From contig NW_013657661.1 of NCBI RefSeq assembly GCF_000142905.1, positions 248,001 through 312,000 on the forward strand: a stretch of DNA of 64,000 nucleotides. Reading direction: 5' to 3'. The notes below the pieces were generated by a model. The model made no database searches and had not been told where the DNA came from. It saw only the letters and a program-made list of their open reading frames with translations. The position numbers and the translations under genes are program-made. Source of the DNA: Thecamonas trahens ATCC 50062 (Eukaryota; Protista; Apusomonadida). Position 1 is the first letter of the stretch; every line of letters starts with the position of its first letter. Below are positions 42,843-54,542 of the stretch, piece by piece.

Positions 42843-45367
42843 TTACTGCTCGAGGCTCGCCTCCGAGACCACCAGATGGCGCTCGCCGAGCAGGAGCTCC
42901 CAGCGGAAGAGAAGCCGAATGTTGGGCACGTTGGAGAGCGAGATGTCATTGCCGGACGCGCCGGCAGCCTTGTAGTTGTTGCCGAGCCAGTAGCGCTTGA
43001 CCGGGTCTTCGAAACCGGACTGCAGGACCGACTGGCGAGCGATTTCCGAGAGGTCGACGGCAGAGAGCTTGAACAATGCGCCGAAACGGCATACTCCTCC
43101 AGCAGCGCTTCGCGAGAGAGATGGAACTGCAGCGGGTCGTCCGACGAGAGCGAGATAGGGAGGCCGACCGCGTAGAAGCGCGGCAGCGGCGAGCGCGAGA
43201 TCTGAACAAAGAGGGCGTGGTTGGAGAGCGGCGACATGGCCATTGGAACCTGGTCCAGGTAGTACAGATACTGCATGGCCGGCGACTTGCGGAGATTGAT
43301 GCCATGGTTGATGCCGTTGGCAAGAAGAAAGGCGGCGTCGAGGTGGTCAACCGAGCCAGCCTCGCCGACGTGCGGGCGGAACTTGAAAGTGTTGAGGCCG
43401 CGGAGAGCGCGGAGCTGGTTGAGCGAGGCGAGGTTGGCGTAGAGGTAGTAGAGGTACATGGAGAACGGCGGGTTCTCGGGCACCGTCCAGTCGTAGGCCG
43501 AGGGGAAGACTCCAGAGAGCGGGACGTCGGGGGTGGACTCGTCATCGACCGAGTCAAAGCCGACAATCTGCTGCAGCACGTTATGGAGCTTGATGTTGGA
43601 CTCGGGGTTGAGCGAGACCTCGAAGAGCGGGCGGAAGATGTTGTCGAGCATCTCGCCAAACGAGGAGATGAGGCCAGAGGCCTTGTAGACCGCGTAGAGG
43701 CGTGGAACCTGGATGAGCCAGCGGACGTGCGGCGAGGCGATTTTGTGGTCGGAAAACCACGAGGCAAGCGAAGCCCACTCGCCGGGGTCCTTGCCGTAGA
43801 TGGAGATACGGTACTCGGCAAACTGATACTTGGCCTGCTGGAAGTCCTCGAACAGCTCGTGGGTGATTTCGGCGAGGAACCGGCCCTTGATGTGGTTCGA
43901 GGTCTTGAGGAAGATGACACGGAGCTGGTTGAGGCCGATGGGCGAGTACTTGGCATTGAAGCGGTCGAAGCGGTGGAAGAGGTTGTGCGACTGGCCAGCG
44001 TGCATGTCGAGGTGGTCGACGGAGAGATCGTATGCGGTGAGTCCGACCTTGTTGAAGACGTCAGCCAGCGTCTCCTCCTTGCCGTCTTCCGAGACGGCGA
44101 CAACCGTGTTGGGCTCGGACTTGAGCTTGTGCTTGATGAAACGGAGGAGGTGCTTGTGGTTCATGGACGAGGTGTGGTGGACGTGGGTGTCGACCTTGCG
44201 GACGTTGTAAAAGTCGCGGTGTGAGGTCTGCTTGGCCTCGATGAGCTCGTGGTCGGTGTTGAGGAGCTTGTGCAGCTCGTAGCGAGCCTCCAAGAGCTTG
44301 AGCCGCCGCCAGGCAAACGAGCGGACCGGCCCATCGTTGACGGTGGCTGACAGCCAGGCGAGGTCGTGCGAGAACTCGGTCTTGTCCGGCACGACGTCGC
44401 CACCAACGGCCTCGCTCGTCTCGGGATTGACGGCAAAGTACACACCCTCGCGCGACTCGAGGACGTACGCGGCGTCGAGCGGCTCGGGCATCGGCGCATT
44501 CCACGGGTCAAACGGCATGCCCGGCGACGCCGGCTTGTCGGCGTACATCTCCGGGAGCTTGTGGACATACTTGGACCGGAGCTCAAGCGCCTTGTGGAGC
44601 TGTTCGCACACGTGCCGCTCCATCTGCGACCGCTCCGAGTCAGGGTGGACGATGATGACCCGCGAGAAGGTTGACGACGCCGGGTGGTCCGACGCCCCGG
44701 CCTCGTCGTAGGTGCGGGTGAGGAGGACCGGCTGGTCCGGAACCGACGGCGAGGTGGCGATGGGGCGGTCGGGGGTGGGGCGAGCAAACGAGGCGTGGGC
44801 GGCAATGCCCGAAGCCATGGGTGTGGCACCGTCAGGTGACGGCGGCAGGATCGAGGCGACGGCCGCCGAGACCATAGGGGACATCCGCGCCGCGGCAACA
44901 CTGCCGAAGGAGGTCCCGAGCTCGCCGGCAGCCGAGGGAGAGGCAAACTCGTCGTCTGCAGCAAGGGCACGGGCCACCGCGGCATGAACCGGGACAGAGC
45001 CAAAGACCTCCGAACCAAAGACCTCTGAGCCCTGCGGGGTGACGAGGGCGGTAGCCTCCGGGTCGAGGCGGACGACAGGCGACGAGAGCGGGTTGTGGCG
45101 TGAGCCACGTTGTGGCGAGCGAGGCGGACACGGCGAAGGTGAAGACGGCGAGACGCCCGAGGTGGAGGGAAAGGCTGCAGATGCAGAGGTGGCCATGATT
45201 GCAACGGGTGACGAGGCCGAGGCCGAAGCTTTCGGCTCGTCCGAGTCGGACGAGTTGGACGACGTTGGCTTCGGCACCGAGACCGACATGCCCTTCTGAG
45301 CCGAGAGCAGCGGCATGTCCAGTCCACGCGGGGTATCGCCAGCAGAGTCAGATTCGGAGGACTCCAT
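42843..45367 (-). CDS. AMPD: AMP deaminase (apparent frameshift ~43075)
   Basis: HRDFYNVRKVDTHVH, FHRFDRFNAKY, EYRISIYG, GFDSVDDES, FRPHVGEAG, SPLSN, SLSSDDPLQFH. C-terminal FKLSAVDLSEIARQSVLQSGF lies in the shifted frame. Confidence 0.96.
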
Positions 45368-45545
45368 GTTGAGTGTGGAGTCGAGTGTGGGAACTTGTCG
45401 CGTTGGAGGGGGGGGGTTGCAAAGACGGCGGAGATGGGGGAACGTGTGCTGCGTTCGGTGGGGGGGAATTGGTGGTGGAGGCAGAAAGTGTTCGGGGGGG
45501 GGAGGGGAGGGGAGGGAGGGGAGGGGAGGGGAGTCCGAGGAGTCG

Positions 45546-45808
45546 NNNNNNNNNNNNNNNNNNNNNNNNNNNNNNNNNNNNNNNNNNNNNNNNNNNNNNN
45601 NNNNNNNNNNNNNNNNNNNNNNNNNNNNNNNNNNNNNNNNNNNNNNNNNNNNNNNNNNNNNNNNNNNNNNNNNNNNNNNNNNNNNNNNNNNNNNNNNNNN
45701 NNNNNNNNNNNNNNNNNNNNNNNNNNNNNNNNNNNNNNNNNNNNNNNNNNNNNNNNNNNNNNNNNNNNNNNNNNNNNNNNNNNNNNNNNNNNNNNNNNNN
45801 NNNNNNNN
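45546..45808. other. Assembly gap (N run)
   Basis: N run flanked by G-rich tracts. Confidence 0.99.
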
Positions 45809-46117
45809 AGGAGCACACAATCAGATCGGGGGGGGGGTGGGAGGGATGGAGTTTGGGGGAGGGGGAAGGGGGGGGAGGGGGAGGGGGGGGGGGAGGGGGG
45901 GGAGGGGGGATGGGGATGGGGGGAGGGCAGGCGGGAAGGTGAGGTGAGGAGAGGAAAAAACGTCATGTTGGCGTCACGGTGGAAGCGATGACGACGCGCC
46001 AATGGCTTGGCCGCTATGAGGCGTGACTGGTGTCATGTGATGCATGGGATGACTTGTGTTGGGGGTGGATGTCAACCTTTTGTGTTACAGTGGCCCCATC
46101 AATGTGGAATTGCTGCT

Positions 46118-47384
46118 CTACGAGAGGTGGGTGGAGCCGGCGAGCGAGTCGACGACGAGCTGGGCGCCAGACTCGGTGAGGAGGCGGTTGCCCTTGTAGG
46201 TGGCGACAAGGTCGGCGGTGATGGCCAGGTCTGCGGTGGCTGCGGTGAAGAACTTGGACTTTTTGACAACCTTGACGGGCTCGCCGAGGGTGAGGCCCTC
46301 GACCAGGATGCGCTCGCCAGGAGTGGCGGTTGCGGGCGGCTTGACGAGCTCGACAACGGTGTGGTCGTCGTTGGACGCGCAGAGGACCATGGCGTAGGAC
46401 ATGATGCCGACCAGCTTGGACGGCTTGAGGTTGCACACGCACACCACGGTGGCGCCAATCATCTGCTCAAGCGGAATAAAGTCGACCAGGCCCGAGATAA
46501 CCGTCCGCGGCTCGTCCTCACCGACGTCGATCTTCTCGAGGTAGAGCTTGTCGGCATCGGGGTGCTTGATGCACTCGACAATGCGGCCAACCCGGAGCTC
46601 GATGCGCTCGATGGCATGCTCGGGCCCAGTGGCGTTGCCCTTCTTACCGCCGTCGCCGCCCTTCTTGCCGCCCTTCTTGCCGCCCTTCTTGCCGCCCTTC
46701 TTGCCGCTCTCGGGCGCACCGCCCACAACCTTGACCGGCAGCGACGGCAGCGGAGTGGCGACGTTGATGGCAATGGTGGGCACGGCATCCGAGGCGAGCA
46801 TGGCCGGCGTGTGCTGGATGAAATCGAACCAGCGGGTGAGGTTGGCCTTGGCCCGCATGCCGGCAGCATCGAGGACCGACTCGCACGAGGGGTCGTAGAG
46901 CGGGAAGACCTTGGCAAAGTAGACCAGATCAGCCAGAGTCAGCGAGGTACCCACCAGGTAGTTGGCCATGGCCAGTTCGTCGTTGATCTCGTCGGCCGAG
47001 GCAAGAGGCGCCGCATCGGCTGCCTCAGCCTCACAAGCGGCATGGACCGAAGCAAGGACCTTGGACACAGCATGTCGGTTGGACTTGGACGTTCCCAGCA
47101 GAGTGTTCATTCCGGCCGTGCCCACGTCGTCCTCGAGCGTCGCTGTCGACTTCTACGGGCGTTGGGGGGGGGGGAGGGGGGGGGGGTGGAGGGAGGGGGT
47201 GGAGTGGGGGGGGGGGTATGGCCAAGGGAAGGCGACAAGGAGGGAGGAAGGGGACGGGGGAGGGAGGGGGCGGGCGGGGAGGGGGGCGTACGATGGCGTT
47301 GTCGCCATTGCCAGCGCCGGAGATGTAGGCGTTGATGACGGTGAGGAGGAAGGTCGGAAAGTCGGTCGAAGCAGTCGAAGACAT
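46118..47384 (-). CDS. Arc1p/AIMP1-like aminoacyl-tRNA synthetase cofactor: GST-C-like domain + EMAP-II tRNA-binding OB fold; exons 47384-47292 and 47152-46118
   Basis: YLVGTSLTLADL...NLTRWFDFIQH (GST-C-like), (GKKG)n linker, IELRVGRIVECIKHPDADKLYLEKIDVGEDEPRTVISGL...CNLKP...MVLCAS. GTACGC...TAG intron 47153-47291. Confidence 0.9.
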
Positions 47385-47518
47385 AGTTGCGTGCGGTGGG
47401 AGGGAGGGGGGAGAGGAGTGGTGGCCGGGATGAAATGGTGGGGGGGGGGGAAGGACGGGCACACAAGCACCGACCATCCAAGGATGCTGTTCAATGAGGG
47501 GGAGGGGGGGGTCTCCTA

Positions 47519-50500
47519 CTACGTGCGACGCTTCCACATCAAATCGCCGTCGACATCGACGCCGGCTGCAAGCATCGAGACGACAGCAGACTCAGAGGCG
47601 GAGAGGACGCCGACCACCGAGTTGGAGAGCGAGGTGGCGCAGTCGACAACGACGCCGAGAGCGTCCGAGTCGGCACCATCATCGAATGACATCCGCACAC
47701 GCGCCATCATCTTGAGCTGGGTCGAGATGGCCGGAATAGCTTCCGTCAAAGTCCGCAGATCGCCTTGCAGCACCCGATCCGGGCACCGCGAGCTGAGTGT
47801 GTTCGAAATGTCCGCCAACTGACCGGCAAGCGTCACAATCTCTCCGGCGGCAGCCACCACACCCTCCTTATTGCGCGCGCGCATCGCCGCAGACATGGCT
47901 GCAAGAAGCTCTGCCACCTGCTCCGCCAGCGAAAGCATCCGGTTGCCCTCGGCGTTCCACTTGGCTGTCGCACGCGACACAGCACGCGCCGCAGAGTCCA
48001 GGCCCTGGCCCGCCGTTGCCTCGGCCGAGCCATCCGCCGCTGCTGCCGCCGCCTCCGCCGCTTCGGCCTCTGCCGCCGCTGCTGCTGCTGCTGCCGCCGC
48101 CGCCGCCGCTGCAGACTCGGCGGTCGGCGGCACGTGTGAAAGCTGCGACATCGGCCGCCCAGAAAGAGCGGCGAGGATGTTGTCTGAGAGCGCGTCGGCA
48201 CGGGCGACCTCGGCCGCCAGCCGGGCGCTGTGGGCTCCGCCAGAGCGCAGATCAGCATCCAGCACGTCACGGAGCAGGCCCTGCTGCTGCTGAAGCTCGG
48301 TCGCTTCCTCGATGACAAATCGGACTCGGGCCTCGTCGGTCTCGTCGGCAATGCCACGGCCAACAGCAACAAGCCGGAGCGACTGTGACTCGGACTGGTC
48401 CATAAACGCACGCGCAGAGTCGGCGTCATGATCGCCCGCCGCCCCGCGCATCAGCGCCCGCGTCTTTTGCCCTGTGCTACCAGCACTGCCGCCTCTGTTT
48501 GCGGGGCGAGCCGGCCTGCCAGCGCCGCCTGAGCCGCTGCGATCTCGGCCTTGGCCAGCTGGACCCCAACCGCCACTCCGGCCGGGTCGCCCTTAGCCAC
48601 CAGCCGCTCCAGCGATGTCGTCGCCGGCCCAAGGTTGTCAAAGTGCGAGTGCGCCGCCTTGGCCGAGACTGGATCCGCAAGCATGTCCGCCGCCTCGTGT
48701 CCGGCCCGTGCCAGCGCCTCGTGCACAGCCTTGACCTGCACCATGAGCGCAGCAGCCTCGGCGGCAGAGTTGGCTGCCATCGCCTGGTTGAGGGCGTCCA
48801 TGAGGTGCTTGGACGCGGCCGCGATTTTTCCACCAGCGAAAACGGCGACTCGGTGCCGGCGGTCACGCCGACCGCCACCTCGCCCATCGCTCGCGCCGCC
48901 GCTGTGATCGAGTCCAGCGCCGCAGGTTGGTTGTCGCCCACCGCCCGCATGGCGGCGGCCTCAATCGGCTTCTTCAGTCCGCTCATCACCATCGATGCCG
49001 TCTGTGCGTCCATCGGCCGCGCTGTCGCCTGGGACACCTGCCCAGCAAGTGAAGCCAGCAGCTCGTGCAAGCCAGTTGCGCGCGCGACCTGGGAGTGGAC
49101 CTCGGCCCGCGACGCAGCATCGCCGTTGGCGGCACGCGCCGCCGCTAGCCTCGCGCTCCGCAGCGCAGCATCCGACTCTGCCGCAAGATGAGCAGCAAGA
49201 ATTGCCGCCGGTGAGTCACTGTCCATAACCTTGCCGAGCGCAAGCGAGGCAGCCAGAGCTTCTGCCACAGCCTTCTTAACCGCAGCTGCCAGATCGGCCG
49301 CGTTAGCCGGTGTGAGCGCGTCTGTGAGCCCAGCAAGCGCGTCCTGCAGTCGGTCGGCAGCTCCCAGCAGCGCCGCAAGGTCAATCGGGTCCATGCCAGG
49401 CACCGCGCCGAGGCGCGCGGCATCCAGCTGCTCCTGAAGCGCCGCCGCAAGAAGCGCCACCTGCGCCGCTGTGCCAGCACCATCGCCGGCATTTGCCGCT
49501 GCCACCGCGGCAGTTCCGGCACGCAGCGCGTCCTGCTCGGCAGTGGCCGGTCCACGAAGAGCAGCAATCTTGGCAGCAAGCGGCGGCGAAACTCCGGGCG
49601 GGCTTGCCGATGCGTCTGCCTCGGCCGCCGTCGACAGCCCGTCCAGCGCGTTGTGGATGGCTGCGGCCCGCGGCGCGTTGCCGTCAGTTGCCGCCGCATC
49701 CGCGACCTTTGCGTACGCATCCGACGCAACCGCGGCGGCTCGGGCAGCGTCGGCCGGACGGCCGCCGTTGACGGCGTCGACCAAGGTCTCCAGCGCACCG
49801 CGTCCGCGAGCTTCGACCTCAGACGCTGGGCGCCGTCGCCGCGGTCAAGTGCGTCAAGCACGCCGCCAATTTCGTCGAGATCAGCCTTGGTGCCGGCGAC
49901 AGCCTCGCCGAGGCGGGCTTTGGCGTCAGCGTCGGTTGCGTCCTTGGCCAGGTCAACGCCGGCCTCAACCGCGGTCAGGGTGTCGTTTCCGAGCTTTTTG
50001 GCGGCCACACGAAGAGTCGCACCCATCTGAGGATCATGGATGCGCTCGGCAAGAGCCTCTGCGCCAGCGAGGACCTTGGCGGACGCATCCCGAAGCGCCT
50101 TGGCCGCCGGCACAAAGCGAGCCATGTCGCCGGCACGCGCGGCGTCGTACATGTCGCGGATGGCTGGCGGAACAGCGGCCAGATCGTCGCGGAGCTGGCT
50201 TGCCATGCCATCGCGGAGCAGCGCATTGATGTTGTCGGCCTCGTCGCCGCCAACCTTGCGCAGGTTGCGGAGGACACGAAGGAACTCGGGTTCATCGACG
50301 GCGCGGCGGGCGGCGTCATCAAACTCGTTGCCCACCTTCCGCAGCCGCCCTAGCGCACCATCCAGCTCGTTCTGAGACGCTTCGTCGGGAAGATACTTGC
50401 GGTTCGCGCGAGCGGCATCGATAAGGTCGCGGATGTCCTGCGAGAGACCGCCAAGCTCCTCGTTGACGGCAGCGGCGTCACCAGCGGCGGCCTTGTCCTC

Positions 50501-52325
50501 GACTGCCTTCATACGGAGGCGGAGCTTGGCAGCAGCAGCCGCACCCGGCGCGGTGAGGCCAAGCCCGGCGGCCTCAAGGTTGTCGAGGATCGAGCCCAGC
50601 TCGGCGTGCGAGTACGGCTTGTTGGGATCAAGCGCAGGGTAGGCCGACTCGACGGCCTTGGCGCCATCAACGAGGCGAGCGGCCTTGGTCTTGTCCGGCT
50701 CGTGCATGGCAACAGTCTTGGCCATGGCGGCCTGGCGCTTGTACGCCGCGCGGGTCTTGGCGGCGCGGGCCTGTTGGGCAGCATCGAGCGGCTTGCGGCT
50801 ACCGCCGTCGGAGGCCGGATCAGCGTCAAAGTCGCGAAGGACCGAGCCGACACCCGGCGACACGCCGCGCATGTCATCCATGGCAGCACGAGCCGAGTCA
50901 GACTGGTCGGCAAGGTCATTCTCCGACGCCGCCGTAATCTCCAGCGCCTCCGACCGCTTGCGCATCGACTCACGCCCACGGCGCGCCCGCGCAGACCGAG
51001 CCTGGGCTTGCTGTGATGCCTTGGCCTGCTCGGCCGCCAACCGACGGGCCTCGTCCTCTTCGGCGCGCTTGGCGGCAGCCTTCTTGTCCTCATACGCCGC
51101 CCGGACAGCTGAGGCTGCAGCACGGTGGTCAGCGCAGTAGAACGCCGGCGACGGCCCATCCGGATCGTTGTAGGCCTCGTCACAGATGTCGGGGTACAGA
51201 TAGTAGCCGGTGCCGGCAAGCGGGACCGAGCACATGCAGCACGAGAAGCAGCGGACGTGGAAAAATGCCCCCTCGGCCTTGATCACTGGGTCGATGCCGA
51301 GCGCGGCCGAGCAGACCGGGCACGGATCCGCCGGCGAGTACGTGAGCGACGCGGTGCTTCCGCCGTCCTTGGAAGCGTCAAACTCAGAGGCGAGAATGAT
51401 GTGGACAGTGAGCTCGCCACCGTCAGCCGCGTCCGCACCGGCACCGGCGCCGGCGCCTGGCTCAACAAGCGCCACACCGACCTGGGTGTAGCGGTCCGAG
51501 AGCAGGGCAGTCAGCGCCGATGGCGACTCGGCAGCCAGCAGGGCAAGATGGTGGTTTGCCTGGTTGGCGCGCGTAGTGAGCACGTGCTCGGTGACTGGCC
51601 CCGTTACAGCACCAAACTTGGAGATGGCCAACTCTAGCGGCAACGAGTCGTCTGACACCCGTGTGGCAGCAACAGCGCAGAGATCTGGTATCGGAGCATT
51701 GGGACAACGAAGAGTGGAGGCGATCGTAACAGCGGTCAGCGGTGAGCATAAGGGTAAGGATGAGATGAGTACGTAAGCGAGTGTGATGGTGAGTGGGTGG
51801 GTGGGTGGATGGGTGGGGAGGGTGGGGGGGGTGGGGGGGTGGGGAGGGTGACTGACTGCGGGGGAGGGAGGGGGAGGGGGAGGGGGAGTGCTCTTCATCC
51901 ACGCACCGTGGCCATGCAGGTTTTCGCCCATTTTTCGCCGGAAACCTGACGGACGCACGAGGGGGGGGGGGGGGGAGGGGGGAGGGGAGAAGGGGGAGGG
52001 GAGGGGGGCACAGGAGGAGAGCAGGACATGGGAGAAGCTACATACCGGACTCTACACGAAGAGCATGTGTCGGTTGCGCAGAACGGAGAGTGCGGATGGC
52101 GACAGTGGCCTTGGTGGCCAGGTCGGTGGCGGCAAAGGCAGGAAAGCCAGTTAGGCGGACAGCAGCCGAGGCAGGCGTCCAGCCGTCCACCAGGGCAGAG
52201 AGCTCGGCTTCAAAGCCAGCTGGCGCAGTGCGGAGCGAGTCAACAGCCGTACTGAATGCTCCGCGGTAGGAGACTTCTCCCGCAGGCCCACCGGCTTTGG
52301 GAACCGTTCCCGATGTGCTCGCCAT
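47519..52325 (-). CDS. Vinculin/alpha-catenin family protein with N-terminal CAP/SCP-like and LIM domains; exons 52325-52046 and 51684-47519 (three apparent frameshifts at ~49798, ~48827, ~48466)
   Basis: C-terminal AKWNAEGNRML...RCPDRVLQGDLRTLTEAIPAISTQLKMMARVR...SLSNSVVGVLSASE...LMWKRR aligns by eye with the vinculin tail. LIM CPVC...FHVRCFSCCMC...YCADH. Degenerate CAP-like N-terminus (VDSLRTAP...LLSDRYTQVGV). Long Ala-rich helical bundles. GTATGT...CAG intron 51685-52045. Confidence 0.8.
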
Positions 52326-52829
52326 GCTGTGATGATCGAGAGATGTGGTCAGACAGGCACGCCACGTCTCCCTCGTCACCGCTTTCTTCTGCCAGTCCGT
52401 CTGTCTGCTGACGGTCATGATGTGATCGATCCATCGACCCTACAGTCCGGACCGAGTCAAACGGGTCCGATCGGTGGTCCACATAGCACCATCACAAGCT
52501 GCCATCGATCCGCACGACTGTGCGCAGAGCGACTGGAACAGGGGAGGTGGGGGGTGGGGAAGATCATGCGATCCACGACGTCGACTCAACCGATACAAAC
52601 TTCTACACACACACACACACACACACGCACACATTGATTTCTTAGCTATCTCCCCGATCTCCCGACGTAGTACATGGTCCGGAGCATGTTGACGTCACAC
52701 GCATTCTCCATTCTTCACACGAAGAACCATTCGAATCACGGCAGTGAACAGTGATCATGCATGACTCCGACTGGATGCGGCGTCCCAACGTCATCCACAT
52801 CTCTCTCTCTCGCACAGGGTGAGCAAGGG

Positions 52830-54542
52830 ATGAAGGCACAGCTTGTGCATGCAGAGGTGCGCGAGAGTCTTATTCATCGCCGCCGGTTCCAGCATCTGGC
52901 GACGTGGCAGCGGCAGCGGGAGGCGGCGGCGAGCAGCAAGGCTGGTGACGTCGGACGACGGGGACGCGGGCCGGGACGGGGACGGGGACGGGGACGGGGA
53001 CGGCGACACACCACATGGGCAGCGTTTCCGGTGGGGAGTGCTGGCGGGAGGAGGGAGGAGGGAGGCGGACGGACAACAGGGGTTGCGTGTGTTCCGCTGC
53101 ATGAGCCTCAACCGCCGCATGAGGCGCTCGCCCTCGCTACCGCCCGCTCGTCTCATGTCCTCTCGTTGGAGGCGGCCGACCCACCGCTGGCTCGCCTCGC
53201 CGAGGTTCATCCGGACGGCGTCTCGTTTGTGGCACTACCGTTTGCGGGCTCCCCACCGGCGGTGTGGGCGGTCGATCCACCAGCTCGGGTGGTCGCCGGC
53301 CTAGGCTGGGCGCCACGCCATCGCATCTTTGCCCTCCGCCTTGCGCTCGGTCCGGCCAAGCCCGATCGCATCGTGTTTCTCGACGGTTTGGCCGGCACCG
53401 AGCTGGCGCATGTCGAGCTGCCGGCGCAGATGGGCGAGGTCAGCTCCGGAAATGTGGTGGTGGCTGACGGGTTTGTTGCCGCAGGCTGGCTTGCTGACGA
53501 TGTCTTTGCCATCGTTCTTACCTCTGGCTACCGGGTTGTTACTTGGGTTGATGGTGCTGGTGAGCCAGCACTGGCTGGCGTGGCCGATGTGCCGGACGTC
53601 GCGCTGGTGAAAGCGCTGGAAGGGATCAGCGACGTGAACTTTGACGTGCTGCCTGCAGCTGTGATGACGCGGGCGGGCGCAGCGGTGCTCGTCATTCCTC
53701 TGGTGGCCACACCGGTCCCGGTCTCGCTCCTTCCGCTCGCTGGCGCCTCGCTCACCTCGCCGAGTTTGAACGTGCTCGAGACCACGCTCGAGCTGAGCGG
53801 GACAAGCGCCACCGTCGGCTCGGGTCTTCCGTCGCTCTTTGACATCCATGGGACTGGCGCATCGGCGGCAAGGAGCGGGCCGAGCCTTCCTCCGCCGCAC
53901 ATCCTCGACTCTGGCTTTGCGCTCCTTGCACTCTCGGCCAAGGACGACGGCGACGGCGGAGTCCGACTCGAGCTCTCGCACCTCGAGGCTTGTGCGGCGA
54001 GCATCTTGGAATCGGGCTTGGTGCCAGTGGCCCTGACGCCGCTGTGGGGCGGAAAGGCGCTGGTGCACAACGCGGGGCCGCAGGCGGTTGTTGTCGACGT
54101 CTGGACCGGCGAGCTTGAGCCGCTGAGCCTCGAGCCGCCGGTTCATCCGAGCAGCGTCATCTTGGGCAGCTCGGCCGAGGCCAAGGCGGAGCTCGGCTAC
54201 CTGCTTGTCGGCGTGCCGGCTACGTCGAACGGTGGCGAGCCGTTTGCGCGGCTATCGACGGCGACGCTCTTTGAAGAGCTATGCGTGTACGTGGTGGAGA
54301 AGAACGGCGACGCGAGGAGCGAGCAGGAGACCAGCGACGGCAGCGATGACGAGGCGAGTAGCAAGGCAAGGGATGGCGAGGTCGAGCCGAGCCTAGGCGA
54401 GCTGAGCGCGCAGATTGCGGCATTGGCTGGCGTTGTGGCTGACGGGTTTGGGCGTATGGAGGCTGGGATGGCGGCACTGGCTGCGCGGGTGGCAAGTATG
54501 GAAGAGCGCGTGGAAGAGGCCTTTAGTGAGGCTGAATGTTGA
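52830..54542 (+). CDS. Hypothetical protein, possible beta-propeller plus C-terminal coiled coil (weakly WDCP-like)
   Basis: Long ORF with genome-typical codon bias. VHPDGV...VAGLGWAP motif and a C-terminal heptad LSAQIAALAGVVADGFGRMEAGMAALAARVASMEERV. The 5' structure is uncertain and may include an intron. Confidence 0.55.
   Translation: MKAQLVHAEVRESLIHRRRFQHLATWQRQREAAASSKAGDVGRRGRGPGRGRGRGRGRRHTTWAAFPVGSAGGRREEGGGRTTGVACVPLHEPQPPHEALALATARSSHVLSLEAADPPLARLAEVHPDGVSFVALPFAGSPPAVWAVDPPARVVAGLGWAPRHRIFALRLALGPAKPDRIVFLDGLAGTELAHVELPAQMGEVSSGNVVVADGFVAAGWLADDVFAIVLTSGYRVVTWVDGAGEPALAGVADVPDVALVKALEGISDVNFDVLPAAVMTRAGAAVLVIPLVATPVPVSLLPLAGASLTSPSLNVLETTLELSGTSATVGSGLPSLFDIHGTGASAARSGPSLPPPHILDSGFALLALSAKDDGDGGVRLELSHLEACAASILESGLVPVALTPLWGGKALVHNAGPQAVVVDVWTGELEPLSLEPPVHPSSVILGSSAEAKAELGYLLVGVPATSNGGEPFARLSTATLFEELCVYVVEKNGDARSEQETSDGSDDEASSKARDGEVEPSLGELSAQIAALAGVVADGFGRMEAGMAALAARVASMEERVEEAFSEAEC

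Noticed and set aside
46640-46705. 12-bp tandem repeat (GCCGCCCTTCTT)n
   Set aside because: It encodes the Lys/Gly-rich GKKG linker usual in Arc1p/AIMP1-type proteins.
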